Program-made: the position numbers and the translations under genes
Shown here: positions 53,082 through 62,365 of the stretch, one piece after another
How the letters are laid out: each line of letters starts with the position of its first letter
How positions within the stretch are numbered: position 1 is the stretch's first letter
NCBI GenBank assembly: GCA_965208675.1
Contig: OZ242351.1
Span: forward strand, 1,440,001 to 1,504,000
Reading direction: 5' to 3'
From: Candidatus Poribacteria bacterium
GTDB taxonomy: Bacteria; Poribacteria; WGA-4E; PCPOR2b
Length of the DNA stretch: 64,000 bases
Notes under the pieces: generated by a model
What the model was told of the DNA's origin: nothing
Seen by the model: the letters and a program-made list of their open reading frames with translations, nothing else
Database searches by the model: none

Positions 53082-54146
53082 TCATTGCTCCGTCGTTTGC
53101 TGTTGAGTGTAGCAAGCAACAAAATCGCTACTGTCAATATCCGGCTGTCCTTGGCGTGCATAATACGAAGAAAAGCGCGATACAATATCCTTTACGAAAG
53201 GAGGCGATATCTGAATTGAAGGTATTTCAAACTTATCGTCGAATTCATCTATTGCGAGCGAATGCAGTTTTCTGAAATTGAGAACTCCACCCTCAAAAAA
53301 AACAGTTGGCGGTAGCCAATGAAAATATTGGTGCTTGTTTTTCACAAGACTCTCGACACGGTCTTTTTTCCTACTTCCTTTAAGTGCATCGCTCATGCTT
53401 TCGATGTCAACCAAGAGAATTTGCTCTGTGTTAGATCTGCCGTTTTCACCTCTGACTACAAGGTCGCACGCTGGACTCAAAATCACAAACGGACGATCGG
53501 TTGTCTTATCTTTTACAATACTCCCGGTGGTGATATTGTCCGACATCGGTGGATGGAGGTAAACCTCCTCTGGAAAACACCGATCTTCACCTTCCTCAAG
53601 CAGTTCAAACAAGTGGTTTAGAGCGTATCGGAGGAGCGCCCTTTCAGTGCGCGCCGAATCTTCCTTACCATAAGAAACCCACGTTGCCAACTGTGGAAGA
53701 AGGTTCTTCAGAAAGACTTGGGTTAGGTGAATCTCAATTTCTCCTCGACCTCCCATTATTCGAGTGAGTCCTGTATCAAAGATCTTTTGAAACAAGAGCA
53801 AATCGGATTCATATGTAGATTCGTCACGCGTGCGTTTCTTAATCACCGAAGGATGATCGTCCACGGAATCAAGGAAAGCTGTGACAAAAATGACCGGTAT
53901 ACGGGTAAATGGGAGGCCTAGTTGGTGTAATAATTCATTCCCACCTTTTTTATCAAAACCCAACCACAAATCAATTATGGCACCATCAAAAGAACCATCA
54001 ATATTGTTCAAAGCCGCCGAAATGTCAGCAAAAATTTCGTACTCGACTTTTGAATTGTATTTTTCATTGAAAAACTCAACAGAATCTTCAAATAATCGTT
54101 GTTGATCTTCAGCATCCTCAACAAGCAGAATTTTCATCGTATTCAC
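53082..54146 (-). CDS. Response-regulator receiver domain fused to a putative PemK/MazF-like C-terminal domain
   Basis: ILLVED, AIIDLWL (phospho-acceptor Asp) and IFVTA; C-terminal GSIV...RPFVILSP...RFSSYYARQG. Confidence 0.75.
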   Translation of the reverse strand: MNTMKILLVEDAEDQQRLFEDSVEFFNEKYNSKVEYEIFADISAALNNIDGSFDGAIIDLWLGFDKKGGNELLHQLGLPFTRIPVIFVTAFLDSVDDHPSVIKKRTRDESTYESDLLLFQKIFDTGLTRIMGGRGEIEIHLTQVFLKNLLPQLATWVSYGKEDSARTERALLRYALNHLFELLEEGEDRCFPEEVYLHPPMSDNITTGSIVKDKTTDRPFVILSPACDLVVRGENGRSNTEQILLVDIESMSDALKGSRKKDRVESLVKNKHQYFHWLPPTVFFEGGVLNFRKLHSLAIDEFDDKFEIPSIQISPPFVKDIVSRFSSYYARQGQPDIDSSDFVACYTQQQTTEQ

Positions 54147-56302
54147 CCTTGTTTACCGTTTTTAGGTTGGAGTCTGAAATAAGCCCCATCATTTGACTCA
54201 AATGCTTTTAACTCAAGGCCATTTCTTTCTGCGGCTTCACCAGCTATGGTTAGTCCTAGACCGGTACCGTTAGGTTTGGTCGAAAATTGAGGTTCAAAGA
54301 TTATTTCACTCGCAATGTGGCTTGGTTCGATCCCAGGGCCAGTGTCACGATAGTCAATATGTACTAGCGAATCACGGTCAGTCAGAAGTGTAACGGTTAT
54401 GTTTCGTTTGGAGTTTTTTTTCTGGTTAATCCAATAGAGACTATTGTCGATGAGATTTGTAAATATTGCGTAGATATCTTGGGACCAAAAGGGGAACTTG
54501 AAATTGTCGGGTCCTATAATGTCAACAGATACCTTTTGCGTTTTCATTTCTCCTTCAAAGATGGACAAAGTGCCATTAATAGCTTTCTTCAAGTCCAAAT
54601 GTTTTTTTGCGCCTCGTTTTCCCGCGGCGAGCGGATCCAGCCGACGAAACAAGTGCACAAAGAACTCCATATTCTCCAATACGCCGGTAGCGATTTCCTC
54701 AAGTTTCACAATAGTATTGAAATCCCGGTTTTTTTGAAAGGAGTTTACCCAAGATTTTAGATGTGGTATTCGATTTTGAAAATAACTTAATGGCCGCCTG
54801 CCTTCATGGAGGATGACGTTCACGATTTTCCCAAGTGTGGCTTGACCCTGATATATGGCAACTGCTTGCCTAATTTCATCGGCACCTTTGTTTTTTTCTT
54901 CTTGTACTTGGATAACGATTTGATCGATCATTTCGGCCGTAGACTCATCAACGCCCCGACTTTTGAGTTGCCTTTGTATTTTTGACCTCATTGGATCGAA
55001 GGAAAAGAGGCGCCCTAACTTGTAGTCTACCTTTCGAGAAAATCTGCCTAGCCCTACTTTGTCCCTGTAATCGAAACGTAAAACTTCAAGCTCCATTATT
55101 ACCGCTGTGGTCACTTTACGTAGCAGATCGAACGCCTCATTTTCCCTCAATCCATCACGTGCGCTCTTTTCAATCAAACCAGAATCATTTTCGGATTCTA
55201 TTTGCACGTACCCTATTGCCTGATCGCTGCCGATGCACATGGACGGGTTTTGCACGCGTCTCGAATTGAGTTTTAACCAGTCATATTCGGCATCGCCCAG
55301 CGGACGAATTCGGAATCCACTTCGGTAAACACCGATACCGTTGTATTTGTTCAAAAGCTGTCTAGCTTCAAGTTTTCCGACTGAATTGCCCAAGTCGTTG
55401 GTGGAACTGCGCTGCACTAAGGCATCGATGGATTCTTTATCTCTATCATACACTCGAATATCAAAATCAAGATTACCACAACCTGTTGGTTTTTTGAAAT
55501 CAAACCGTAGCTCTTGTTTAACGGTGTTTCGAGCTTTCTGTGAAGAATATTCCAAGGTGCCTTTACCATCTATCCCGATATTACCTGCAATTTTATAGTC
55601 GTAGAGTTCAAAGAGTGGAAACGGTTCAACAATTTCCTCAAAATCCTGAACCCCAACAAAACCCCTAACCGTAAGATTAATTCGAAATTCGTCATTTGTA
55701 AAAATACTGCCTACTGGTGATTTCAGTTTCTTCAACTCAAATTGGAGCTTCTGAAAGCGGTCTTTGTTCCACTCCACAACACGCTTTGAATTTCCATGCA
55801 TAGTTAACCTAGTTCCAGATGGTCGAGTGGTTTTCTGTGTTTCAATGAGTATTTCTACATCATCAAGATATTCGGCTGTATGAAAGTCATTCCATTCAAG
55901 ACAGACGGTTGTTTTTTCACCGTCAGCGTTAACGGTCTCAAGAAGTAGATCGTCACCAAGGATGGACGAAGCATAGCGCCCTATACCTTTTCGGCCCTGC
56001 AATGTCCTACCGAGTGGACTCGTGCCCCTGTCACGTTTGTCCCGGGTTGAGGGCACCATCCATTTATGAATAACGTCGTTCCTAGACATGCCGTGACCAT
56101 TATCGTCAACCACGATTGCATACGTTTTCCCGTTGGAAGATGCTTTAAATTCAATATTTACATAAGTAGCATCAGCATCGTAGGCGTTTTTCACTAACTC
56201 GACTACTGCGGCATGATTGTCCTGAATTAGGTCTTCCCCTATCGTTAGAATGTGTCGTCCCGCCGGTCTAATTTTGTAGGTTGTGTGAGTGTTCACATCC
56301 AA
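54143..56302 (-). CDS. MORC/GHKL ATPase-histidine kinase fusion
   Basis: N-terminal ELVKNAYDADA, DDNGHGM, GRKGIGR and GT motifs; C-terminal HEGRRPL, NLIDNS, DTGPGI, FEPQFSTK and GTGLGL. No TM segments. Confidence 0.85.
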   Translation of the reverse strand: MDVNTHTTYKIRPAGRHILTIGEDLIQDNHAAVVELVKNAYDADATYVNIEFKASSNGKTYAIVVDDNGHGMSRNDVIHKWMVPSTRDKRDRGTSPLGRTLQGRKGIGRYASSILGDDLLLETVNADGEKTTVCLEWNDFHTAEYLDDVEILIETQKTTRPSGTRLTMHGNSKRVVEWNKDRFQKLQFELKKLKSPVGSIFTNDEFRINLTVRGFVGVQDFEEIVEPFPLFELYDYKIAGNIGIDGKGTLEYSSQKARNTVKQELRFDFKKPTGCGNLDFDIRVYDRDKESIDALVQRSSTNDLGNSVGKLEARQLLNKYNGIGVYRSGFRIRPLGDAEYDWLKLNSRRVQNPSMCIGSDQAIGYVQIESENDSGLIEKSARDGLRENEAFDLLRKVTTAVIMELEVLRFDYRDKVGLGRFSRKVDYKLGRLFSFDPMRSKIQRQLKSRGVDESTAEMIDQIVIQVQEEKNKGADEIRQAVAIYQGQATLGKIVNVILHEGRRPLSYFQNRIPHLKSWVNSFQKNRDFNTIVKLEEIATGVLENMEFFVHLFRRLDPLAAGKRGAKKHLDLKKAINGTLSIFEGEMKTQKVSVDIIGPDNFKFPFWSQDIYAIFTNLIDNSLYWINQKKNSKRNITVTLLTDRDSLVHIDYRDTGPGIEPSHIASEIIFEPQFSTKPNGTGLGLTIAGEAAERNGLELKAFESNDGAYFRLQPKNGKQG

Positions 56303-57555
56303 TTCTCCCTTAACTTTTCGGCTATTTTCTGTGATAGAAGAACAGGCACCGCGTCGCCGATTTGGCGAAATACAGGAGTTCTTCTGGGTTTTCCGCCACG
56401 ACTTTCAAAGTAGTAGTCGTCTGGAAACGTCTGTAATCTAGCCGCTTCTCTAGGCGTGAGAGAACGATTCTGATTTATGTCAGGATGAATATAATAGTGG
56501 CCGTCGTTCGCTAAGTGTGCGACAATAGTATGGCAGAATGGTAGATTTTGAGCAACTACTTTAAATCGATCGACGAATGACTTACGCTGACGATGAGTTT
56601 TTAAGCGCTCTGGCAGATCATTGTAATTCAGTCGAGCCATTTTATCATTCCAGAGTTCTACGGCAATTCTGTAGATTTCAAGATCCTGTTGAGAGTTCGG
56701 CCGTGCTTGGTGCCATGTGACTGGGTAATTATCACAACGTATACCAACGTCGTACATCCACACCCCTTTGTAAGGTGCGACGCTACATGGTCCTGCGACG
56801 CCTTGCCCCGAATTAATCGCTGGGAGATCGGCTAGAATTTCTTCCACAAGAACTGTGGATACACATTTTTTCGGTTCTGGATAGAAACCTTCGGACTTTC
56901 CTCGTTTTCCAACAATTATCGTCCTTTTTCGATTCTGCGGGACGCCGTAATCTTTCGCGCACAGAGTCTGAACTTCCGTCGCATAGCCGCATTTACGGAA
57001 CTCCTGCCGCATAAGGTTCAAGTATGAGACTCCTCGCTCATTCTTCGCGGACAGAAGACCGGTTACGTTTTCGAACAAAAAATGAACCGGCCGGTATCTC
57101 TCTAAGAATCTAGCGTAAAACACATACAAATAATTCCGTTTATCATTTTTCATTCGGTCGCGTAAACGAGAGCGTCCTACTAGCGAATAAGCTTGACAGG
57201 GGGGACCGCCGATAATCAAGTCTAGTTTCTTACCGTTTAGCAAACTATCAAGCCGATCAAAGATACTTTGAAGGCTTACGTCAGAAATGTGTGAATTGAT
57301 AACAGAATCTAACGCCGTTCTCGGCACTTGTGAATATAAATCCGCTCGGCTAATGTGTCGGTTGAGATATTTGTAATATAACTCCCCATTCCCACATCCA
57401 TTTAGCCACCGAAATGCCATGCGTGTTCGCAGTGTGTAACATGCAGCTAAATCCATCTCAACATGGGCAATTGGATTAAATCCAGCGCGCATGAACCCCT
57501 CCGAGAGCCCGCCCGCACCTGCAAACAAATCGAGATAATTCAATGTCCTGCTCAT
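56293..57555 (-). CDS. dcm: DNA (cytosine-5) methyltransferase
   Basis: DLFAGAGG, GGPPCQ, FENV, PQNRKR, REAARLQTFPD and IGDAVP motifs. Confidence 0.92.
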   Translation of the reverse strand: MSRTLNYLDLFAGAGGLSEGFMRAGFNPIAHVEMDLAACYTLRTRMAFRWLNGCGNGELYYKYLNRHISRADLYSQVPRTALDSVINSHISDVSLQSIFDRLDSLLNGKKLDLIIGGPPCQAYSLVGRSRLRDRMKNDKRNYLYVFYARFLERYRPVHFLFENVTGLLSAKNERGVSYLNLMRQEFRKCGYATEVQTLCAKDYGVPQNRKRTIIVGKRGKSEGFYPEPKKCVSTVLVEEILADLPAINSGQGVAGPCSVAPYKGVWMYDVGIRCDNYPVTWHQARPNSQQDLEIYRIAVELWNDKMARLNYNDLPERLKTHRQRKSFVDRFKVVAQNLPFCHTIVAHLANDGHYYIHPDINQNRSLTPREAARLQTFPDDYYFESRGGKPRRTPVFRQIGDAVPVLLSQKIAEKLRENWM

Positions 57556-57904
57556 TATAGTAACTCCAGCATTCGAGATTCAATTTGTAAAATGAAAATA
57601 TACATGAGAAAATTTATCAATCTAGGAAAAGTAACGTGCTGAACCTAAGACACAAAAAAAGATTCCTTCAACACAAGGAAGTCTCAGTAATACCCTTCCT
57701 GAGAGTGTTTACGCAAGATACTTTTGAATTGAGTAGAGCATTACCGCCGTGGCATGTCTAATGCCAATTTAGGGGCTCTCGTCACTCCCAATAAAATTAT
57801 GACATTAATTCTAAAACTATCACCTCGTTTCGCACGAATGAATTTCACAAATGAGTTCAATAGACAAATTTTGGCGTTAATACTCTCATGACATCTGGTG
57901 CGAC

Positions 57905-59584
57905 TCAACTACAATCATATAGTCCCTTCTCCGTTCGACGGTCACATGAATCCCCTGATAGCAGTTTTGGTAGTAGAGTGTCGCGCAACTGAGAAAGTGT
58001 GTGTGATTGGTTCTCATTTGCTTCAATCCTAGCAAAAAGCGGATTCACAATTGAATCAAAACGGTGAAGTATCGAATCCGGTGGTAACGCGAATCGATAA
58101 CTAGGAACACCATCTTTGCTCAAATGTAACACCGTTGTGCCCGTTGTATATCCATTAATGTGAGCCTGGAAGGCATGACTTCGAAACAAGCAATAAAGGA
58201 ACCAAACGGAAACCGTTGATTCTAAGGGGCGGATTATTCCCAAATCCAACGATGCAACAAGTGTTTTATATTCACTGCTGGCTTGAACAAGTGCTGGTTT
58301 GCCAATTACCTCCGCTTCTTGTGTCACATCAGTATAGGAAACAACAAGCTCACCCGGGGTGATAACTTGTTCCGGTTTGTATCGTCCAGTATAAGATTTC
58401 AAGCCATCGGGACGGTAGCCACCACCACGCAAAATTGATTTTAGTGTAACCAACGCAGTGTCCGATTCTGTTAATTCGCTACTCTTGTATGAACGCCCTT
58501 TGACTATCTCAACAAGATTACCAATTTGTTCTATCTTCCACCCTTCCGGCATCTTTCCCAACGACGAATCCTGAAATGTAGATGGGAACAGAGCCGCGGA
58601 TTCGGCATCCATGCCAACGGGTTCTCGTCCCTCCGTTTTTGCCTGCACGGGATCAAAGTCCACAAACCACGACTTGAAGATAGCTCGTGCCATCGCCTCC
58701 AGCGTCTCGTTCATCTGCCGGTTGAGTTCCATTTTGTCGTCGAGCGAGCCGAGGATGTGGGCAATGCGGCGTTGTTGCTCAATGGGCGGAAGCGAAAGTT
58801 CAAACAAACCTATCGAATCAGGCGCAACTCTTTGTCGTCCTGTAGTACCTTGCATGGAATGAACCGCAAATGCTCTGAGTCTTGGATCTCTTGCTAAATA
58901 GTAAATGAACAGATTATCTGTTTTACCTTCGATTCCGGAGAGCACGATAAATTCAGTCGATCCATGACCAACTTCATTAGCTTTTAAGCAATTTACATAC
59001 GCAGTTTTACCGTTTTCGAGACAAGGAGTGATGCGCGCCAAAAGCGTATCTTCATTCTGAAATCGTGTGGCAGATCCATTGAATTCCTTAAATGAGTGTG
59101 AAGCAATTTCCCGTCTGAATGCTTCAATATCTTTCATAGAAACATGAGGTGCGGTTTTTCCTCTATGAAGCGTCCGGCGTGGGTTGATACTAACAACGTT
59201 ACCCAGTCTCACGAGCTCCCAGCTGTTATTCTCTTGAGTCCAACTTTGACGACTGTACTTCGATTCAGCAGTTTTTTTGCCTAATTTCTGTTCTTGTATC
59301 ACTTCATATCCTACAACAATCACGTTCTTGAAACTATCTGAAATCGCGTGCCAATCCTGAAAATCAACCCGAATTGGAAGGTCGGATTCCTCGAATGCCT
59401 CTTGCAATTTGCGCATTCGTCTCCGACTTAGCCGTTCATTGCCCACAACCGCAAGATCGAGATCGGAGTAATCTTTTGCTGTCCATTTGACTCGCGACCC
59501 GTAGGCGCGGACTTCACAATCGGGAACATGCTCAGCTAGTATGTGTTGAATTGTTTCAAGATATTTGGGATTGAGGTCAATCAT
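57905..59584 (-). CDS. hsdS: MNT (minimal nucleotidyltransferase) domain fused to type I RM specificity subunit
   Basis: First ~97 aa contain YGSRVKWTAKDYSDLDL (GSx10DxD). The rest is a two-TRD HsdS with LPP.EQQRRIAHILGSLDDK.ELN and LRDTLLPKLLSG. Confidence 0.88.
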   Translation of the reverse strand: MIDLNPKYLETIQHILAEHVPDCEVRAYGSRVKWTAKDYSDLDLAVVGNERLSRRRMRKLQEAFEESDLPIRVDFQDWHAISDSFKNVIVVGYEVIQEQKLGKKTAESKYSRQSWTQENNSWELVRLGNVVSINPRRTLHRGKTAPHVSMKDIEAFRREIASHSFKEFNGSATRFQNEDTLLARITPCLENGKTAYVNCLKANEVGHGSTEFIVLSGIEGKTDNLFIYYLARDPRLRAFAVHSMQGTTGRQRVAPDSIGLFELSLPPIEQQRRIAHILGSLDDKMELNRQMNETLEAMARAIFKSWFVDFDPVQAKTEGREPVGMDAESAALFPSTFQDSSLGKMPEGWKIEQIGNLVEIVKGRSYKSSELTESDTALVTLKSILRGGGYRPDGLKSYTGRYKPEQVITPGELVVSYTDVTQEAEVIGKPALVQASSEYKTLVASLDLGIIRPLESTVSVWFLYCLFRSHAFQAHINGYTTGTTVLHLSKDGVPSYRFALPPDSILHRFDSIVNPLFARIEANENQSHTLSQLRDTLLPKLLSGDSCDRRTEKGLYDCS

Positions 59585-59990
59585 TATGCGCCTCTAGCGT
59601 GATGAAAAGTTGTCTTGCGTCATGTGCAAACTTGGTCGCATCCTCAAATACACTTTGAGCAGTATCTTCATTGTAAACATGAGAGGTCTGGTTGCGTCCG
59701 AAGTGATAATCCATCCAAAGTTCTACATCGGTGATGAGGCGATTTTCTGCCGCTAGGCAATATAGTTTCCGACGCGTAACACCGTCAACGTAGGTGTTAC
59801 CGACATTCTCTTTAAGCCATCGCTGTATCATTTTCCAACAAAGTTCGTACACCACCTCAAAATTATGAATGACTCCGGCGCGCACCGTGTCCTGCAAATC
59901 TTCCTCCCAAGTCTCCATATTACTCGCTGTTCTGATAGAACGTTCCAAAGCGCCCATAGCTTGTGCCAAACTGTCCAATTGTAAACTCAT
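59577..59990 (-). CDS. HEPN-domain protein (HI0074/HepT-like toxin)
   Basis: AGVIHNFEVVYELCWK and RNQTSHVY (Rx4HxY). Stop overlaps the MNT start (ATGATTGA). Confidence 0.88.
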   Translation of the reverse strand: MSLQLDSLAQAMGALERSIRTASNMETWEEDLQDTVRAGVIHNFEVVYELCWKMIQRWLKENVGNTYVDGVTRRKLYCLAAENRLITDVELWMDYHFGRNQTSHVYNEDTAQSVFEDATKFAHDARQLFITLEAHND

Positions 59991-60198
59991 TGTTTATCCC
60001 TATACTCTCCACCGTTTCCAAGTTCGCTCAATGGATTCTCCAAGGCCGGTTGAACAGAGTGAACCCTTCCGACTGACCTTCTAAATCTAGTCTTCTGACC
60101 GCTGGCAGCCAAATGCATCATTGTGATAGAAAACCATTCGGGTGTTCAATTGCCTTATCGCTACGGTAGTTGGCGTCTAAACTCCTCGTCACCGAAAC

Positions 60199-61809
60199 TC
60201 ATGAACTATCTTGAAATCCGACTATTTTTAAACTCTCGGCAATAGCCTCGTCCTGCCGTCTTGCCTCCGCCATCTGATCCGCCAGTCGATTCGTCAGTCG
60301 GGTTATTTTCTCCTCAAACGGCTCATCGTCATCCTCTTGAGCTTCGGCGCCGACGTAACGACCGGGGGTCAAGACACTCCCGTGTTCGTGTATCTCCTCT
60401 AAAGTCGCGCTTTTGCAGAAGCCCGGGATATCCGAATATTCGCCTGCTGCTTCAGCGCCACGCCAAGCGTGGTAGGTATCGGCGATGCGGGTTATGTCTG
60501 CTTCGCTCAGTTCGCGGTGTACACGGTCAATCATGGATCCGAGTTTCCGGGCGTCAATGAATAATGTTTCGTTTGCACGTTCCCGGAAGCGCGGGGCTTT
60601 TTTGTCTCGCGCCAGAAACCAGAGACACACGGGGATTTGCGTGGAATAAAACAGTTGACCCGGCATGGCGACCATGCAATCAACCAAGTCTGAATCAACG
60701 ATATTTTTGCGTATTTCGCCTTCAGTGGACGTGTTAGAACTCATTGAGCCGTTCGCCAATACGAATCCGGCGATGCCGTTGGGCGCGAGGTGATAGATGA
60801 AGTGCTGCACCCACGCAAAGTTGGCGTTGCCAACTGGCGGCGCCCCATACACCCAACGTTTATCATAACGCAATCGCTCACCGCCCCAGTCACTGCTATT
60901 AAACGGCGGATTAGCTAGAATGTAATCAACTTTCAGGTCGGGGTGAAGTTCTCGGTGGAAACTGTCTGCGTGCTCCTCTCCAAGATTGGCGTCAATGGCG
61001 CGGATGGCGAGATTCATCTTCGCCAACTGCCACGTGGTCGGGTTGGACTCTTGCCCGAAAATTGAGATGTCGTCGCGCCCTCCGCCGTGCGCTTCAACGA
61101 AGGCTTCGCTCTGGACGAACATGCCGCCCGAACCGCAACATGGATCGTACACCCGTCCCTTGTACGGCGCCAGCATCTCAACGAGCACCTGCACAACACA
61201 GCGGGGGGTGTAGAATTGACCGCCCCTTTTGCCTTCGGCACTAGCGAATTGTGAGAGGAAATATTCGTAGACTCGACCGAGTATATCTTTTGAGCGATTC
61301 TCCTCTTCTCCCAAACCGATTGTGCCGATTAGGTCAACTAATTCCCCGAGGCGGCGCTTGTCGAGCATCGGACGGGCGTAGTTTTTAGGAAGCACACCCT
61401 TGAGGCTCGGGTTTTCGCCTTCAATCGCAATCATGGCATTATCAATCAGGGTTCCAATTTCCGGATGCTTGGCGCTGCCTTGCAGATAAGACCAGCGGGC
61501 TTCCTTAGGGACGTAGAAGATGTTTTCTGCCAAAAATTCATCGCGGTCATCGGCAAACTGGACACGGGCAGTTTCGTCTTTGAGGTAGAGCTCACTCTCA
61601 GGATTCGCAGATTCTGAAAGCAGCAAATTGTACCTTTCCTCGAAGGTGTCTGAAATGTACTTGAGGAAGATTAACCCCAACACCACATGTTTGTATTCGG
61701 CGGCGTCAAGGTTATTGCGGAGTTTGTCCGCCGCTTGGTACAGGGTCGCTTCGAAGCCCAGCGCCGCGCCGTTATTCTTGGATTTTGTGTTTCGTTTCTT
61801 TTTCGCCAT
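60199..61809 (-). CDS. hsdM: Type I RM modification subunit
   Basis: [19 protein letters not shown] and FVLANGS motifs. Start could be 61809, 61845 or 61875. Confidence 0.95.
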   Translation of the reverse strand: MAKKKRNTKSKNNGAALGFEATLYQAADKLRNNLDAAEYKHVVLGLIFLKYISDTFEERYNLLLSESANPESELYLKDETARVQFADDRDEFLAENIFYVPKEARWSYLQGSAKHPEIGTLIDNAMIAIEGENPSLKGVLPKNYARPMLDKRRLGELVDLIGTIGLGEEENRSKDILGRVYEYFLSQFASAEGKRGGQFYTPRCVVQVLVEMLAPYKGRVYDPCCGSGGMFVQSEAFVEAHGGGRDDISIFGQESNPTTWQLAKMNLAIRAIDANLGEEHADSFHRELHPDLKVDYILANPPFNSSDWGGERLRYDKRWVYGAPPVGNANFAWVQHFIYHLAPNGIAGFVLANGSMSSNTSTEGEIRKNIVDSDLVDCMVAMPGQLFYSTQIPVCLWFLARDKKAPRFRERANETLFIDARKLGSMIDRVHRELSEADITRIADTYHAWRGAEAAGEYSDIPGFCKSATLEEIHEHGSVLTPGRYVGAEAQEDDDEPFEEKITRLTNRLADQMAEARRQDEAIAESLKIVGFQDSS

Positions 61810-62058
61810 AGTCTGTTTTTTTATTTCCGCTTTCTCGCTTGGCATCTTCACTACATTGGAGACACACCGATTCAACTTTCATGATAACCCATCTCACGGA
61901 GATTTTCAAGTCGGATTAACCAAAAACAGGAAAGACACCGCCGAACACCTTCTGGGCATATTATGGTGTTTCCGACGGAGGAAAATAGACATCGGTTGAA
62001 GATTTTGATAAGAACCGCGTTCTATTTTTTGGGCTTTAGATTAGTATACAATTCATGG

Positions 62059-62347
62059 ATCGGGCGTGTTTCGGTCAAGGGACGGTGGCAAAAACTGGGA
62101 ATCGGTCAACGGCGGGTTGCCACAGGGGTATTCTTCGGAACTTCACGTGATTGGGAATACGCTCTATGCAACGGATAGCGCTCAAGGTATCTATCGATTC
62201 AAGGATCGCGGGGATACTTGGGAATTCGTTAAACCGTCATTTTCACAAATGTTATCCGGCATGTCGGGTGCACTAACGATCGTAGACGGGGTTTTATACG
62301 CTGGCATCGGCGAGGGCGGTGTGTATCGGATTGCATTGGAGGATTGA
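62059..62347 (+). pseudogene. Right copy of direct repeat: orphan 3' fragment of the ECF-propeller gene
   Basis: Encodes GVFRSRDGGKNWESVNGGLPQGY...GVYRIALED*. Homology stops abruptly at 62059. Confidence 0.8.
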
Positions 62348-62365
62348 TTTGACATGCCCAGCCGT

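Larger units (their letters stand above)
49861..62058. mobile_element. Putative defence island (no integrase visible)
   Basis: Seven co-oriented RM/TA/defence-type genes, an AT-richer core and flanking direct repeats. Confidence 0.6.

Noticed and set aside
49569-62340. Diversity-generating retroelement TR/VR pair
   Set aside because: Mismatches between the two repeats involve all four bases and are often synonymous rather than adenine-specific. No reverse transcriptase is present in the window.
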